Shown here: one piece after another, positions 1 to 10,683 of the stretch
Numbering within the stretch: the stretch's first letter is position 1
How the letters are laid out: each line of letters starts with the position of its first letter
NCBI GenBank assembly: GCA_964607795.1
Contig: CAZSLA010000001.1
Coordinates: 1-61,529, forward strand
Length of the DNA: 61,529 nucleotides
Reading direction: 5' to 3'
Source: an uncultured Gammaproteobacteria bacterium
GTDB taxonomy: Bacteria > Patescibacteriota > Microgenomatia > UBA8517
Position numbers and translations under genes: made by a program
Notes under the pieces: model-generated
Told to the model about the DNA's origin: nothing
What the model saw: only the letters and a program-made list of their open reading frames with translations
The model's database searches: none

Positions 1-1
1 T

Positions 2-145
2 ACCAGCGAATACGACTTTATCCATTCAATCTGGGAGAAAGTAGACACAGAAGCCAAGAGACGGGCAAAACTGGTCCAAAAAACTAATCAATCCACTGAA
101 GCTAACCAGGCAAGTCTCATTGAGGAGGGAAACCTCTATGAGTAA
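2..145 (+). CDS. 3' end of ORF entering from left edge (hypothetical, partial)
   Basis: Frame 2 is open from the window edge to TAA at 143-145; no recognisable motif. Confidence 0.25.
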   Translation, partial: TSEYDFIHSIWEKVDTEAKRRAKLVQKTNQSTEANQASLIEEGNLYE

Positions 146-338
146 ACAGTCCAAAAATACTTCTAAAACAGACTCTCAACTATTAGACAATTTACTGGTC
201 GTGCTGTGCGATTTGATAATAGACTCTTTTATTATGAGGCAGCAGACGAAAGGCACTAAAACACGACATACTAAAGATGAACTCAAACAGTCCTTTCGAG
301 ACTCGAATAGCCGTCTTAGCAAGTCCGAAAGGGTTTGA
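138..338 (+). CDS. small hypothetical protein (66 aa) preceding the recombinase
   Basis: GAGGAGG at 122-128, 9 nt before ATG 138; ends 4 nt inside the recombinase reading frame; no motif recognised. Confidence 0.35.
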   Translation: MSKQSKNTSKTDSQLLDNLLVVLCDLIIDSFIMRQQTKGTKTRHTKDELKQSFRDSNSRLSKSERV

Positions 339-364
339 GTTCACTAGGACGGCTTTTTGAGTCT

Positions 365-2032
365 ATGAACACAACTAAACCAAGAAAACGCGCCATTTTG
401 TATCTAAGATTTTCTGATCCAAAACAGATGGGCGGATCAACTATTGAAGTGCAGGAGAAAATTGCACGAGCCTCCTGCGAAGTTGAAAATTTTGACGTAG
501 TAGACGTCATCAAAGATGAAGCGGTATCAGCGGACATCAAAAAGAGTAAACAAACACTTCGAGTAGCCCATCTTCTGGAGTTCTGTAAAGAAAGAAAAGG
601 GACTTTTGATGTGCTGGTCGTTTTCAAGCTGGATCGTTTTGCCCGCTCTCAAGAAGAACACCACTGGCTGCGTGGTCAACTCCTCAAAATGGATATTCTT
701 CTGCGATCTGCCACAGAAAAGATAGATGAGTCTCCTGCAGGTAAGCTTGTCGAGGGTGTATTAGCAGCAGTTAATGAGTATGACAATGAGGTAAGACGCG
801 AAAGATCACGCTTGGGACTATGGCGAAGAGTTGAACAGGGGTTATGGCCATGGTATCCGCCAATTGGCTATATGACAGATCCCAATAAACCCGCTGATGT
901 TAGATTGGTACCTCATGTACCCGATCCTGTTTGCAATGAAGCAATACCATACATCTTTACTCAATTTTCAACAGGAGTTGTCAGCAAGCCCGAATTATCA
1001 AGAGAATTGAAAAAAAGAAAGCTACGAAACTTCAGAGGTAAACTTTTGACATTTTCTGTCCAAACTTTAGATAATATTCTTGGCAACATTTATTATCCTG
1101 GTTATCTCAAGACAAATGAGGGTAAAATAGTAGAGGGGAAACATAAACCCCTCATTGAATTGAGTTTGTACCAAAAATGCCAAGATGTTATGAAGGGACG
1201 AAGTAACAACACAGACAAGACTCGTAAAAGATACCATCCTGACTTTCCGCTCAGAAAATTTGCTCATTGCGGGTTTTGCCACCATCCGCTAACTGCTGCA
1301 TGGTCTAACTCCGAACACTCTGGCAAGTATGCCCACTATTGGTGTTATAATTCTGAGTGTGAAAGATATAGAAAGACAATCCGTAAAGCCGATATAGAAG
1401 GAGGTTTTGGCTCATATTTAGCCACAGTAAAGCCATCAGACGTCCTCATAGACCGTTTTGACAAAGTATTTATGAAACGGTATGAACAAAGAGAAATTGA
1501 CATCAGAGGCGACTATGTAAGGCAAGTAGAAGTCGTCAAACAACTTGAGAGTGATAAAGAGTGGGTTATTGCACAAGCTAAAAAGGGCATTTTCAAAGAC
1601 GATACATTTAGAGATGAACTAGCAAAAGCAGAACAGAAGTTAACACTAGCCAAAATGGAGCTTACTCACATGCATGCAGAAGAAATGAATGTCGAGGCAT
1701 TACTTGCTTACGCTTACAATTTTATTCGAACCGTAGAAAATACTTGGTTAGACGCTCCTTTTGAGTCAAAGATCAAATTACAGAGGCTAATATTTCCAAA
1801 AGGAGTAGAGTATGCCAATGGAGAGTTTTCGAACCCCGAATTATCCCCTCTTTTCAAGCTAATCGGGGTTTTAGCCGATGAAAAATTAAGTTTGGTGACC
1901 CCGGAAGGACTCGAACCTTCAACCATCAGCTTAAAAGGCTGTTGCTCTGCCATTGAGCTACGGGGCCACGGAATTAGCCCACTTGGGCTTGTTATATTTT
2001 ACTCCAAAATAAAAATTGAGGCAAATAAGTAA
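365..2032 (+). CDS. large serine recombinase (resolvase-type N-domain, recombinase domain, zinc ribbon, coiled coil)
   Basis: AILYLRFSDPKQ catalytic-Ser context and VFKLDRFARS in N-domain; Cys cluster CGFCHHPL...YWCYNSEC; ATG 365 preferred over TTG 335; last ~45 codons are the antisense of tRNA-Lys so the functional C-terminus is uncertain. Confidence 0.85.
   Translation: MNTTKPRKRAILYLRFSDPKQMGGSTIEVQEKIARASCEVENFDVVDVIKDEAVSADIKKSKQTLRVAHLLEFCKERKGTFDVLVVFKLDRFARSQEEHHWLRGQLLKMDILLRSATEKIDESPAGKLVEGVLAAVNEYDNEVRRERSRLGLWRRVEQGLWPWYPPIGYMTDPNKPADVRLVPHVPDPVCNEAIPYIFTQFSTGVVSKPELSRELKKRKLRNFRGKLLTFSVQTLDNILGNIYYPGYLKTNEGKIVEGKHKPLIELSLYQKCQDVMKGRSNNTDKTRKRYHPDFPLRKFAHCGFCHHPLTAAWSNSEHSGKYAHYWCYNSECERYRKTIRKADIEGGFGSYLATVKPSDVLIDRFDKVFMKRYEQREIDIRGDYVRQVEVVKQLESDKEWVIAQAKKGIFKDDTFRDELAKAEQKLTLAKMELTHMHAEEMNVEALLAYAYNFIRTVENTWLDAPFESKIKLQRLIFPKGVEYANGEFSNPELSPLFKLIGVLADEKLSLVTPEGLEPSTISLKGCCSAIELRGHGISPLGLVIFYSKIKIEANK
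1893..1967 (-). tRNA. tRNA-Lys (anticodon UUU), CCA encoded
   Basis: Manual cloverleaf: acceptor GGCCCCG/CGGGGTC, D-stem GCTC/GAGC, anticodon loop CTTTTAA, T-arm GAAGG-TTCGAGT-CCTTC, 3' ACCA. Confidence 0.9.
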
Positions 2033-2064
2033 GGAATCTAAAAGTTCTAAAAACGCAAGTTGAG

Positions 2065-2571
2065 TTATGCATTGACCTTGGGTAATCCAGTGCCGCCAAG
2101 AAAATTTGCATTACCATCTAACATATATAAATGGATTACTAAACAGGCACCGTCAAACTTCCTATAGTTGAAAGTGGCATCGGCGTCTTCATATGCCTTG
2201 CCCAAAGCCCAAGTGTTAACTTCACCATGTTCTAAAATAAGTCGCAAGGTATCCCTTTTGTATCTTCCGGAAACACTTAGGTTATTAATTTCGGGGGAGT
2301 GGTATGCTTTTTCATCCCATTGCGTGCGTAATCTAAGGGTATATTCCTCAAGCTTTGCATTTAATTGTTTAAGTCTTTCTTCTCTTGCACTATCGGGAAT
2401 ATCTTTGGCACCGAATTTAATAGCTCTTGTATCTCCTTGGATCTGCTCAAGGGCTTTCCCGTAAGCTTGATTTAAGCGTGTGTCATATTGATCTAATGCA
2501 GATTCAAATTCTATTTTTTCTTGCTGTTCTGTTTGAGGTGTTGCTGGAAAGGCTTCGTTGAAGTCTGTCAT
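2065..2571 (-). CDS. hypothetical protein (168 aa)
   Basis: Longest ORF in region, protein-like composition, no recognisable motif. Confidence 0.55.
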   Translation of the reverse strand: MTDFNEAFPATPQTEQQEKIEFESALDQYDTRLNQAYGKALEQIQGDTRAIKFGAKDIPDSAREERLKQLNAKLEEYTLRLRTQWDEKAYHSPEINNLSVSGRYKRDTLRLILEHGEVNTWALGKAYEDADATFNYRKFDGACLVIHLYMLDGNANFLGGTGLPKVNA

Positions 2572-2867
2572 CTTTATTTACTCTACGGTTGATTATACAC
2601 GAAATTCAAGAAAATAAATATCCCAAAGGCATCCGACTAGCACCAGCTGGGGAGATTGGGGCCACTGGCAATAAAAAATAGTGAACCTTTTTACGCCTAA
2701 GCGCCAGAGCAGGTTCACTGCGAAAAACGCTCTGTTTATCTTTGTCAGTCCACAAGCAAGGAATTGACGCCCATCATACAGCAAGACTTGTCTCTCGTTG
2801 CCTCCATCGTCGGGATTTTTGTCTCGCAAATAAGCCTCATGGCGGCGGCAACATCTCGTCGTTAAAA

Positions 2868-3362
2868 TCATTGAAGGCTGGTGATTATCGAACTAACAAT
2901 AGTGTTAATCTTGTTGCAAAAGATACCCGTTGATTTTGAGTCTGATGGTTTATCATCTATTTTAATCATATAAATTGTTCCATTCGAGGATTTCAGATAA
3001 ATTAAATTTTTACCACCGTCTTCTTGGGGTTTTAACACATATACATCTTCGCCACTAATGTTATAAGTATTTTGAGAGTCGATCAAATTCTCCAGAGAGT
3101 CGTTGTACTTTGTCACTAAATACTGCTCTAAAGCCTCACTTGTAATCCTTTCTGCATCTACTGTTACAACATGGCAGTTGGTATTATCCTCGACCTTAAT
3201 TTGCCACCCATCAGGAATTGTGTTTACAAATTTATTTTCTAAAGGTTCTGACGAATCGTTGAGCCCGCTGCCCAGAGCTAATCCCAAAAGAAACATAAGC
3301 ACACATGCCAAGGCGACGGCGAAAACCTTGGAAGGTTGTGTTGATTTGATTTTTTTTGCCAT
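2868..3362 (-). CDS. hypothetical membrane-anchored/secreted protein (165 aa from MAKKIK)
   Basis: N-terminal basic stretch followed by hydrophobic helix VFAVALACVLMFLLGLALG; start moved to ATG at 3362. Confidence 0.55.
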   Translation of the reverse strand: MAKKIKSTQPSKVFAVALACVLMFLLGLALGSGLNDSSEPLENKFVNTIPDGWQIKVEDNTNCHVVTVDAERITSEALEQYLVTKYNDSLENLIDSQNTYNISGEDVYVLKPQEDGGKNLIYLKSSNGTIYMIKIDDKPSDSKSTGIFCNKINTIVSSIITSLQ

Positions 3363-3433
3363 GCCTGGGGGAATTATACGATTTTGGCTTATCAAGATCA
3401 AACAGTTCAGCTGGACATAGCTTTAGTGAAGGC

Positions 3434-3454
3434 TGGTGACCCCACGGGGAATCG
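3434..3454 (-). repeat. orphan copy of the 3' end of tRNA-Glu (with CCA)
   Basis: 18 nt tgaccccacggggaatcg identical to 3519-3536 of the intact tRNA-Glu, preceded by tgg (= CCA in tRNA sense). Confidence 0.8.
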
Positions 3455-3518
3455 CCGTGCATAACAAATACATTAATATGCACTCCTCGATTGCACGAGG
3501 GGGAACGAACGTAGTGAG

Positions 3519-3590
3519 TGACCCCACGGGGAATCGAACCCCGGTTATCGGGATGAAAGCCCGATGTCCTAACCTCTAGACGATGGGGCC
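3519..3590 (-). tRNA. tRNA-Glu (anticodon UUC), no encoded CCA
   Basis: Manual cloverleaf: acceptor GGCCCCA/TGGGGTC, anticodon arm TCGGG-CTTTCAT-CCCGA, T-arm CGGGG-TTCGATT-CCCCG. Confidence 0.9.
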
Positions 3591-3648
3591 ATGTTTGGCC
3601 TTGTTGCCACCAGTTGCTTAGTCGAAAGAGCCTGTCGGCACTTGGTGC

Positions 3649-3713
3649 CGATGTCCTACCTCGCTTGCGCCGACTTCGTCTAAGACGATGGGGCCATGTT
3701 TGGTCTTGTTGCC
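3649..3713 (-). pseudogene. degenerate duplicate of the tRNA-Glu 5' half plus its upstream flank
   Basis: Repeats gatgtcct...gacgatggggccatgtttgg(c/t)cttgttgcc of 3562-3608 with a ~20-nt insertion; no T-arm, so not a functional tRNA; a weaker third copy lies at ~3719-3745. Confidence 0.65.
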
Positions 3714-3892
3714 CCCTTCGTTTAAGACAATGGGGACCAGGTAGTTCGCTTCATATTTTAGCAAGTATTTCCCAAAGTTGCCATCTTATGCTAAAATACT
3801 TCTAGAGTTTGGTAAGAAAAAGACGCTTCAAGTTATTCACTTGTTCAGATAGTTCTTTTTCCCAGAAAACTATTTGAGGAGGTGAGTTAGGT

Positions 3893-4156
3893 TTGCAAAA
3901 TCAGAAAAAAATTTATGTAGGGAATCTTCCCTGGTCCGTTCGTGATGAACAACTCAAAGAGCTTTTTAGTTCTTTTGGTGAAATCGTTGATGCTGTGGTC
4001 ATCACTTTTCGCGACACAGGCAAATCCAAAGGTTTTGGCTTTGTCGAGTTTGCCGATGAGAAAGCCGCTGCCAAAGCAGTTGAGGAAATGGATCAAAAAG
4101 AAGTAGAGGAAAGAAACATTATCGTTAAAATGGCACGTCCACCTAAAGAAGAGTAA
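3893..4156 (+). CDS. RRM-type RNA-binding protein (87 aa)
   Basis: RNP2 IYVGNL and RNP1 KGFGFVEF motifs; GAGGAGG upstream; TTG start. Confidence 0.9.
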   Translation: MQNQKKIYVGNLPWSVRDEQLKELFSSFGEIVDAVVITFRDTGKSKGFGFVEFADEKAAAKAVEEMDQKEVEERNIIVKMARPPKEE

Positions 4157-4215
4157 GGATTTACCACCTTGGTGGCCGGGCTTTTGCTTGGCCACCACTA
4201 AGGTGGAATTTTCAA

Positions 4216-4244
4216 TTGACCTTGTTTGAAATCTAATATATAAT
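4216..4244 (+). promoter_or_regulatory. sigma-70 consensus-like promoter for 16S rRNA
   Basis: TTGACC (4216-4221), 17-nt spacer, TATAAT (4239-4244), ~150 nt upstream of 16S. Confidence 0.7.
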
Positions 4245-4322
4245 GACTTCCACAACAGCGGTTAACTTGTCCGGTTAATCCGGAATAATAACTTCATGTA
4301 GTTTTTGAGTAAAAATTATTTA

Positions 4323-4334
4323 GTTCTTTGACAT
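4323..4334 (+). promoter_or_regulatory. boxA-like element in 16S leader
   Basis: GTTCTTTGACAT, identical 12-mer also at 11309-11320 in the 23S leader; resembles rrn antitermination boxA (TGCTCTTTAACA type). Confidence 0.4.
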
Positions 4335-4391
4335 TCAATATGCGTCTGTAAAGCGTAGACGAACTGTGTAAACACACAAGTTCTCGTCACT

Positions 4392-5874
<1,483 letters not shown>

Positions 5875-6030
5875 AAGGAGTGAATAAATGACACCCCAGT
5901 TTTTAGATTATGGATTGACTGGTCCGCAAGGACAAATAAACCAGATCCGCCTAGGCTTGCGATAAAGCCAAATTCGTTTTACAGGCGCATATTGGAGGTC
6001 AAAACTAAATTGATCCTCAAAAAGCAGCAA

Positions 6031-6059
6031 AAAAATCCCGTTTCAAACGGGATTTTTTG
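6031..6059 (+). terminator. rho-independent terminator after 16S
   Basis: atcccg-tttcaaa-cgggat hairpin followed by TTTTT, flanked 5' by A-run. Confidence 0.75.
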
Positions 6060-6133
6060 CAGGAGAATTTAAGGAAAATTAGTTTATTTTTCACAAAAGC
6101 AAAGCTAAGTTTCATTTGTTATGATGAATAAAT

Positions 6134-7240
6134 ATGGATCCTGCCCGCCCGAGCTTTAAAACCGTTGAAATTCAGCCTGAAAACCAGCCTCCAGAGCATC
6201 CTGTGCAACCTGTGGTATATAAGCCCCCTGCAGTGCAATTGGTGGGTAAAAGGCGCGCAAGTAGCCTTATGTTTATGGTGCCGGCATTTCTACTTTTGGC
6301 AACCATCTTTTTAGCCGGTTATTTTACCAATGAATACCTCCAGTCCATAACTCCCAAGGTTCCGGCGAGCGTGCCCATGGCCACTTTGATTCCGGAAGCT
6401 ATCCCCACCCCGGAAGCCATTATCAAAAGCAAGCTTTTTTTTCACCCCAGCCTTGCTTTTTCCTTTGCTTATCCGGAAAATCTTGCTTTGACAGATTGCG
6501 GCTTGGACCTCTATTTTTTTCCGGCCATACAGCTGGAGACTGATGCTCGCACCATTTGCAATGACCCCAAAGGGGTAGTGTTGAGCCTGAAAACCTCAAG
6601 GAGCAATCTTTACCAAAAAGCATCCGTGTCCGAGGATGTTGAGGAAGAACTTGTGGCGGTTTCCGGCTATGATGCGATTTTACAAAAAATAACCCCGGTG
6701 GGCCAAACCAGTTTTACTAAAAGGCTAAGTTTTGAGGGGCCTGATCGGTTTTATTTATTAAGTCTCACAGATTCTGCCTATGAACAGGTCTTTGAGGAAA
6801 TATACACAAGCCTGGCTTTTAAAGTGGACGTTACCAAAAACTGGCGGGGTTATGAAACCGGCTTGGGTTTTAGTTTAAAAGTCCCCCCTGAGTGGCAGGC
6901 GGTGGAGCAGGGAAGCCAACTAACAATTCGTAAATTTACAGCCAAAGACATTCCGAGCATTGTTTTTGAAGTAGGCGAGCAGGGCAATTTGACTGTGGCC
7001 GAATTTATAAACTCAAATAAAAACCTGCCCGGATGGAAGACACAGCCTAAGCTGGACTTGCGAAGCATCGACGGTGAAATTGCCCAGGTAATTAAGGGCC
7101 AGCTCAATGGTAAGTGGTGCAGCTTTGTAGCGGTTTGGTACAGAGGCAAGTTAATGCAAATTGCCTTTACGGATGAAATTGCCGGGGATAATGAAATTGT
7201 TTTTGAAGTTATGCTGGCCACGATCGAGATCCAATCCTAG
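6134..7240 (+). CDS. hypothetical membrane-anchored protein (368 aa)
   Basis: Pro-rich N-terminus, one TM helix (LMFMVPAFLLLATIFLAGYF), large extracytoplasmic part; no motif recognised. Confidence 0.7.
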   Translation: MDPARPSFKTVEIQPENQPPEHPVQPVVYKPPAVQLVGKRRASSLMFMVPAFLLLATIFLAGYFTNEYLQSITPKVPASVPMATLIPEAIPTPEAIIKSKLFFHPSLAFSFAYPENLALTDCGLDLYFFPAIQLETDARTICNDPKGVVLSLKTSRSNLYQKASVSEDVEEELVAVSGYDAILQKITPVGQTSFTKRLSFEGPDRFYLLSLTDSAYEQVFEEIYTSLAFKVDVTKNWRGYETGLGFSLKVPPEWQAVEQGSQLTIRKFTAKDIPSIVFEVGEQGNLTVAEFINSNKNLPGWKTQPKLDLRSIDGEIAQVIKGQLNGKWCSFVAVWYRGKLMQIAFTDEIAGDNEIVFEVMLATIEIQS

Positions 7241-7249
7241 GCTTTGGCT

Positions 7250-9379
7250 TTATGCATTTTTTAAGCTCCAGCGTTCGCGGGAAATTTTAAGCACCTTTTC
7301 CCGGTTTTGATTTCTGGATACGGGCAACGGCAGGGTATTGGCCAAAAATGGCCTTGCCGCGTGGCCGTCGATCATGAGCTTGATGGCAATTTGAAAATTG
7401 CTCAGATTGACCAGGTCATTTTCGCTAAAAACTTCGGCAAATTCCTTGTGGATGATAGCAGCATCCTCGGCGCCGATGGCAAAACTGATGAGTGAGCCAA
7501 CATTGCCCAAAATGGCCTTTTGTACTTCCTCTGGGATCTGGGCCATGTATTGGTTTGCAAGCATCAAACTCAGTCTGTACTTTCTGGCCTCGGAGAGGAT
7601 TTTAATAAAAGATGGAGTAGCAAAGTTTTGAAACTCGTCGACGTATAAATAATGGTCCACGCGCGTGTCTTCGGGTGTTTCCACCCTGTGCATGGCCGCA
7701 AGCTGGAATTTGGTAATGAGCACCGCCCCCAGTAGGGCCGCGTTGTCCTCGCCGAGTCTGCCTTGAGAGAGGTTGCATAGCATGATTTTGCCGGTATTGG
7801 CAATATTGTCTATGTGCATCGTGCTTTTGGGTTGGCCGATGATGCGGCGGATCATGGGGCTTGTCACAAATTGGCCAACTTTGTTTTGGATCGGAGCAAT
7901 GGCTTCTTTTTGCAGTCGATCGGGCATTTTTTCGTATTCGATTTTCCAAAAGTTAATTAGGCTTCGGTCGTCGATTTTTTGAAGGACATTATTGCGATAG
8001 CCTTTATCCGCAAGGAGTCTCAAGACATCGGCCAAAGTGGTGCTTTCGATTTGTGTGAGCGTGAGAAGACAATTGCGAAGGATGTATTCCATGCGCGCGG
8101 ACCAGACATTGGCCCAGATTTTGGTAAATACAGCCATGATGCCGCTCACCACAAGCTCAGCTTCTTCGCGGTTTGTTACTTCCAGGGGGTTAATGATAAT
8201 CGGATATTCGCGGTCCGCGGGATTAAAGTAAACAACATCATTTATTCTGTGAGCGGGGATGTAATCAAGTACGGTTTCGCAGAGGTCCCCGTGCGGGTCA
8301 ATGACGCTTAAGCCGCGGTCTTTTTTCAGATCATCAATTACCATGTTGGCAATCATCGTGGACTTGCCCGTGCCCGTTTTCCCCACAACCCACATGTGCC
8401 GGCGGCGGTCGCGGTCTTTTATGCCAAAGATGGATTCGTGGTTTTTAAACGGTGTCTTGGCAATAAAATTTATGGTTTTTTTGTTTTCCTCACTTAAATT
8501 TAAAGAAACGGGGAGGTTAGCCGGTGGTTCGGAAAGGACCGAGGTGCCCCAGACAATGTTTGCGGTTTTGATTTTCTCATTGGGTAAATGCCAAAGCGTG
8601 GCCAGTTCAATGATATTGAAAATGTCTTTGGAAGTGACCATGCGTTTTTTTAAATACTCCCGGGGGTTGCCGCGTTTTAAAAAAGACGAGCCTTTAGTCG
8701 CCAGGGAATTGCCGTCGCTTCTGGTGAATACGCCCATGGCGCTTTTAATTTCTGTTAGGGTTTTTTTTGAGTTTGCACCCAGCCTTATGGAGGTCCTGAA
8801 ACCGGGGTAAGAAATTTTTTCTTTTATTATGGATTCGTCCGGGTGTTTGAGATAAGCTCCTTCTTCAGTTTTACCGCCGCCGGTGTCGGCAAATCTATTT
8901 CCGGCGTTTTGCCAGCTGGTACCGGCGCTTTCCAGGGCAAATTGGATAATTGCAAATTCATCAGGGTCTCCTTTGGATAAAACAGACAAAACTGAAGACA
9001 AAGGATCAATGTCCAGAAAGCTTCCGTAGGTTGCTAATGGGTAATAATTACCCTTTCTTGTTGTTAGAGTCGTAACTTCCAGTTCGCGCTCTCCTATGGG
9101 GTCTTTACCATTTTCAATGATCACCAAAGGGTAATTGGAGCGAAGTTGAGTTTCTACAAAGGCTGCAAGTTCGATACTACAGGTAATGGCAAAGTTGATT
9201 TGCTGGTTCATAAGGACAATTTCCAAAGCTAAAGCCTCCGGGCGTTGGCCGAGGAGTCGCTGCCAGCTGGTGACGGAATTGATTTGCGTTAGTGTTGCCA
9301 AAAAGGTTTGGGCGGATTCGGGCGTGGTTTCAGAGTTTCTGGGAACTTTTAGAAATAATGTCGTCAGTTGATCCTGCAT
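7250..9379 (-). CDS. soluble P-loop ATPase of the TraD/TraG/VirD4 coupling-protein type (FtsK/HerA superfamily)
   Basis: Walker A VVGKTGTGKST, Walker B HYLYVDEFQNF, ARKYRLSLMLANQ motif; no N-terminal TM helices. Confidence 0.7.
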   Translation of the reverse strand: MQDQLTTLFLKVPRNSETTPESAQTFLATLTQINSVTSWQRLLGQRPEALALEIVLMNQQINFAITCSIELAAFVETQLRSNYPLVIIENGKDPIGERELEVTTLTTRKGNYYPLATYGSFLDIDPLSSVLSVLSKGDPDEFAIIQFALESAGTSWQNAGNRFADTGGGKTEEGAYLKHPDESIIKEKISYPGFRTSIRLGANSKKTLTEIKSAMGVFTRSDGNSLATKGSSFLKRGNPREYLKKRMVTSKDIFNIIELATLWHLPNEKIKTANIVWGTSVLSEPPANLPVSLNLSEENKKTINFIAKTPFKNHESIFGIKDRDRRRHMWVVGKTGTGKSTMIANMVIDDLKKDRGLSVIDPHGDLCETVLDYIPAHRINDVVYFNPADREYPIIINPLEVTNREEAELVVSGIMAVFTKIWANVWSARMEYILRNCLLTLTQIESTTLADVLRLLADKGYRNNVLQKIDDRSLINFWKIEYEKMPDRLQKEAIAPIQNKVGQFVTSPMIRRIIGQPKSTMHIDNIANTGKIMLCNLSQGRLGEDNAALLGAVLITKFQLAAMHRVETPEDTRVDHYLYVDEFQNFATPSFIKILSEARKYRLSLMLANQYMAQIPEEVQKAILGNVGSLISFAIGAEDAAIIHKEFAEVFSENDLVNLSNFQIAIKLMIDGHAARPFLANTLPLPVSRNQNREKVLKISRERWSLKNA

Positions 9380-9995
9380 ACTACTATTTTATATTATATG
9401 AGCACTTGGTTAATTTGTCAGGTAAAGATCGTCTGTCTTGGCAAGTGGTTGGTTTTTGTTCCTCGCCAAGACAGACAAATGACAGTCTCTATACCCAGCT
9501 TAACCAGGGCTTGTTGGTATCCAGCGGCAGGAGGCTTCTGTGGACATTATAGTCTCTAAGTTTAAGAAAAGTCCGTACCGATTTTTTGGCTTTGCGGCAT
9601 GGTATTTCAACTTCGATTGTGATGGTGCCGTTTCGGATCAAAGGCCCAGCGATGACCCTAGCTGGAATACAATTTCCCTGGCTGTTATTAATATGCATAA
9701 GTCTTCCGGCCGAGTTTTGAAAGTCATCCCAGACGCGAATCGCGTTCATTTCTATGCTGCTCCTTTTGGCTAATATGTGCAAGAAACTTATGCCTATTTT
9801 AGGACAGAATCTGCTTTGGAGCAAGTTGGGAACTAATCAGGTAATTGAAGACTAGAGTAATCTGTCTCTCGGGGTGTTGTTCTTAGCCAGTTTTTGTGCC
9901 TTATTTAGGTTACTGCCGCCTTTGCAATTTCTCTAGGCAGTATCCCTGCTGTCGAGCGATCTTTAATCACAGCTTGGAAATATTTAGAGGCACCC

Positions 9996-10679
9996 TTAAT
10001 AGTCTCTAATGGATGACCACCACTTACTTAGGGCATCAATTGCATACAAAGAAGCAATAGTAGCAACTCGTTCCCACCGGCTTATTTCCTCTGAAGCTTG
10101 AGTGGATTGCTCATAAGACTGCCTCAAGGCGTTAAATGTTTCTCCGGTTGGATTAGTCCGATGAGCTAGCCGATTGTGTCTAAACCGGGCCAGAGTTTTC
10201 GCAGTTGGCTCTTCGGCTGCCTCAATAATTTGATTCATCCTTTGAGCTGCGAGATTAAGAAATGCTGTATTTTCCGTCAAAACTGAAAGAGTCATTAGAT
10301 AGCCAACTTCTTCTCCCGCCATTTCTGTTTTAAATTCGTAAGGATTGCCTCTGGTGTCCTCGTTAATTTTACCGGTAGCTTCCTGTACAGCAGGATTTCT
10401 ATAAACAGTGACTATGCCTCTTCGTGTTTCTCCTAGATAATGAGCCACTGTAGGAGCTTCCCATGAACGATCAGCTCTACTTTTGTTAGCCACAACATTA
10501 ATTCTAGAGGCCATTAAAAGTCTTTTTTTATTATCCTCAGACAATTGAGCAAAATCTTGAAGTGGAAATTCTATCGCAGATTGAGTTACTTGAACAGCTT
10601 TAGCTACATTCCCAGTAGCCCGCAGCCTTTCAGCGGCAAAAATCTGCTCTTCAGACAGAGGAAAATGCTCTGTACTCAT
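9996..10679 (-). CDS. hypothetical protein (227 aa)
   Basis: Clean ORF whose ATG lies 4 nt after the 3' end of tRNA-Ile on the same strand; no motif recognised. Confidence 0.6.
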   Translation of the reverse strand: MSTEHFPLSEEQIFAAERLRATGNVAKAVQVTQSAIEFPLQDFAQLSEDNKKRLLMASRINVVANKSRADRSWEAPTVAHYLGETRRGIVTVYRNPAVQEATGKINEDTRGNPYEFKTEMAGEEVGYLMTLSVLTENTAFLNLAAQRMNQIIEAAEEPTAKTLARFRHNRLAHRTNPTGETFNALRQSYEQSTQASEEISRWERVATIASLYAIDALSKWWSSIRDY

Positions 10680-10683
10680 AATG

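Noticed and set aside
2593-2933. Overlapping 92-aa (-) and 63-aa (+) ORFs between the two hypothetical genes
   Set aside because: They are Cys/Arg-rich with low-complexity translations, have no RBS and are mutually exclusive. They are likely non-coding.
1-3500. Complete prophage or integrative element
   Set aside because: Only a recombinase, one small ORF and two hypothetical genes are visible. No structural, replication or conjugation genes are present. Any element would extend off the left edge.
3649-3713. Possible extra tRNA (a hairpin tcggc-accaagt-gccga could be read as a CAA anticodon arm)
   Set aside because: There is no T-arm and the D-region is interrupted. The loop has C at position 33. 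The sequence is better explained as a degenerate duplicate of the tRNA-Glu 5' half.
3614-3805. 63-aa plus-strand ORF (LRRLRLRRW...)
   Set aside because: It spans the tRNA-Glu fragment repeats, and its low-complexity Arg/Leu translation derives from repeated tRNA sequence.
9489-9824. 111-aa minus-strand ORF (and the overlapping plus-strand ORFs at 9292-9773) upstream of the ATPase gene
   Set aside because: There is no motif and no convincing RBS, and ORFs on both strands compete for the same sequence. It could be a small gene starting at MNAIRVW, but I cannot support it.
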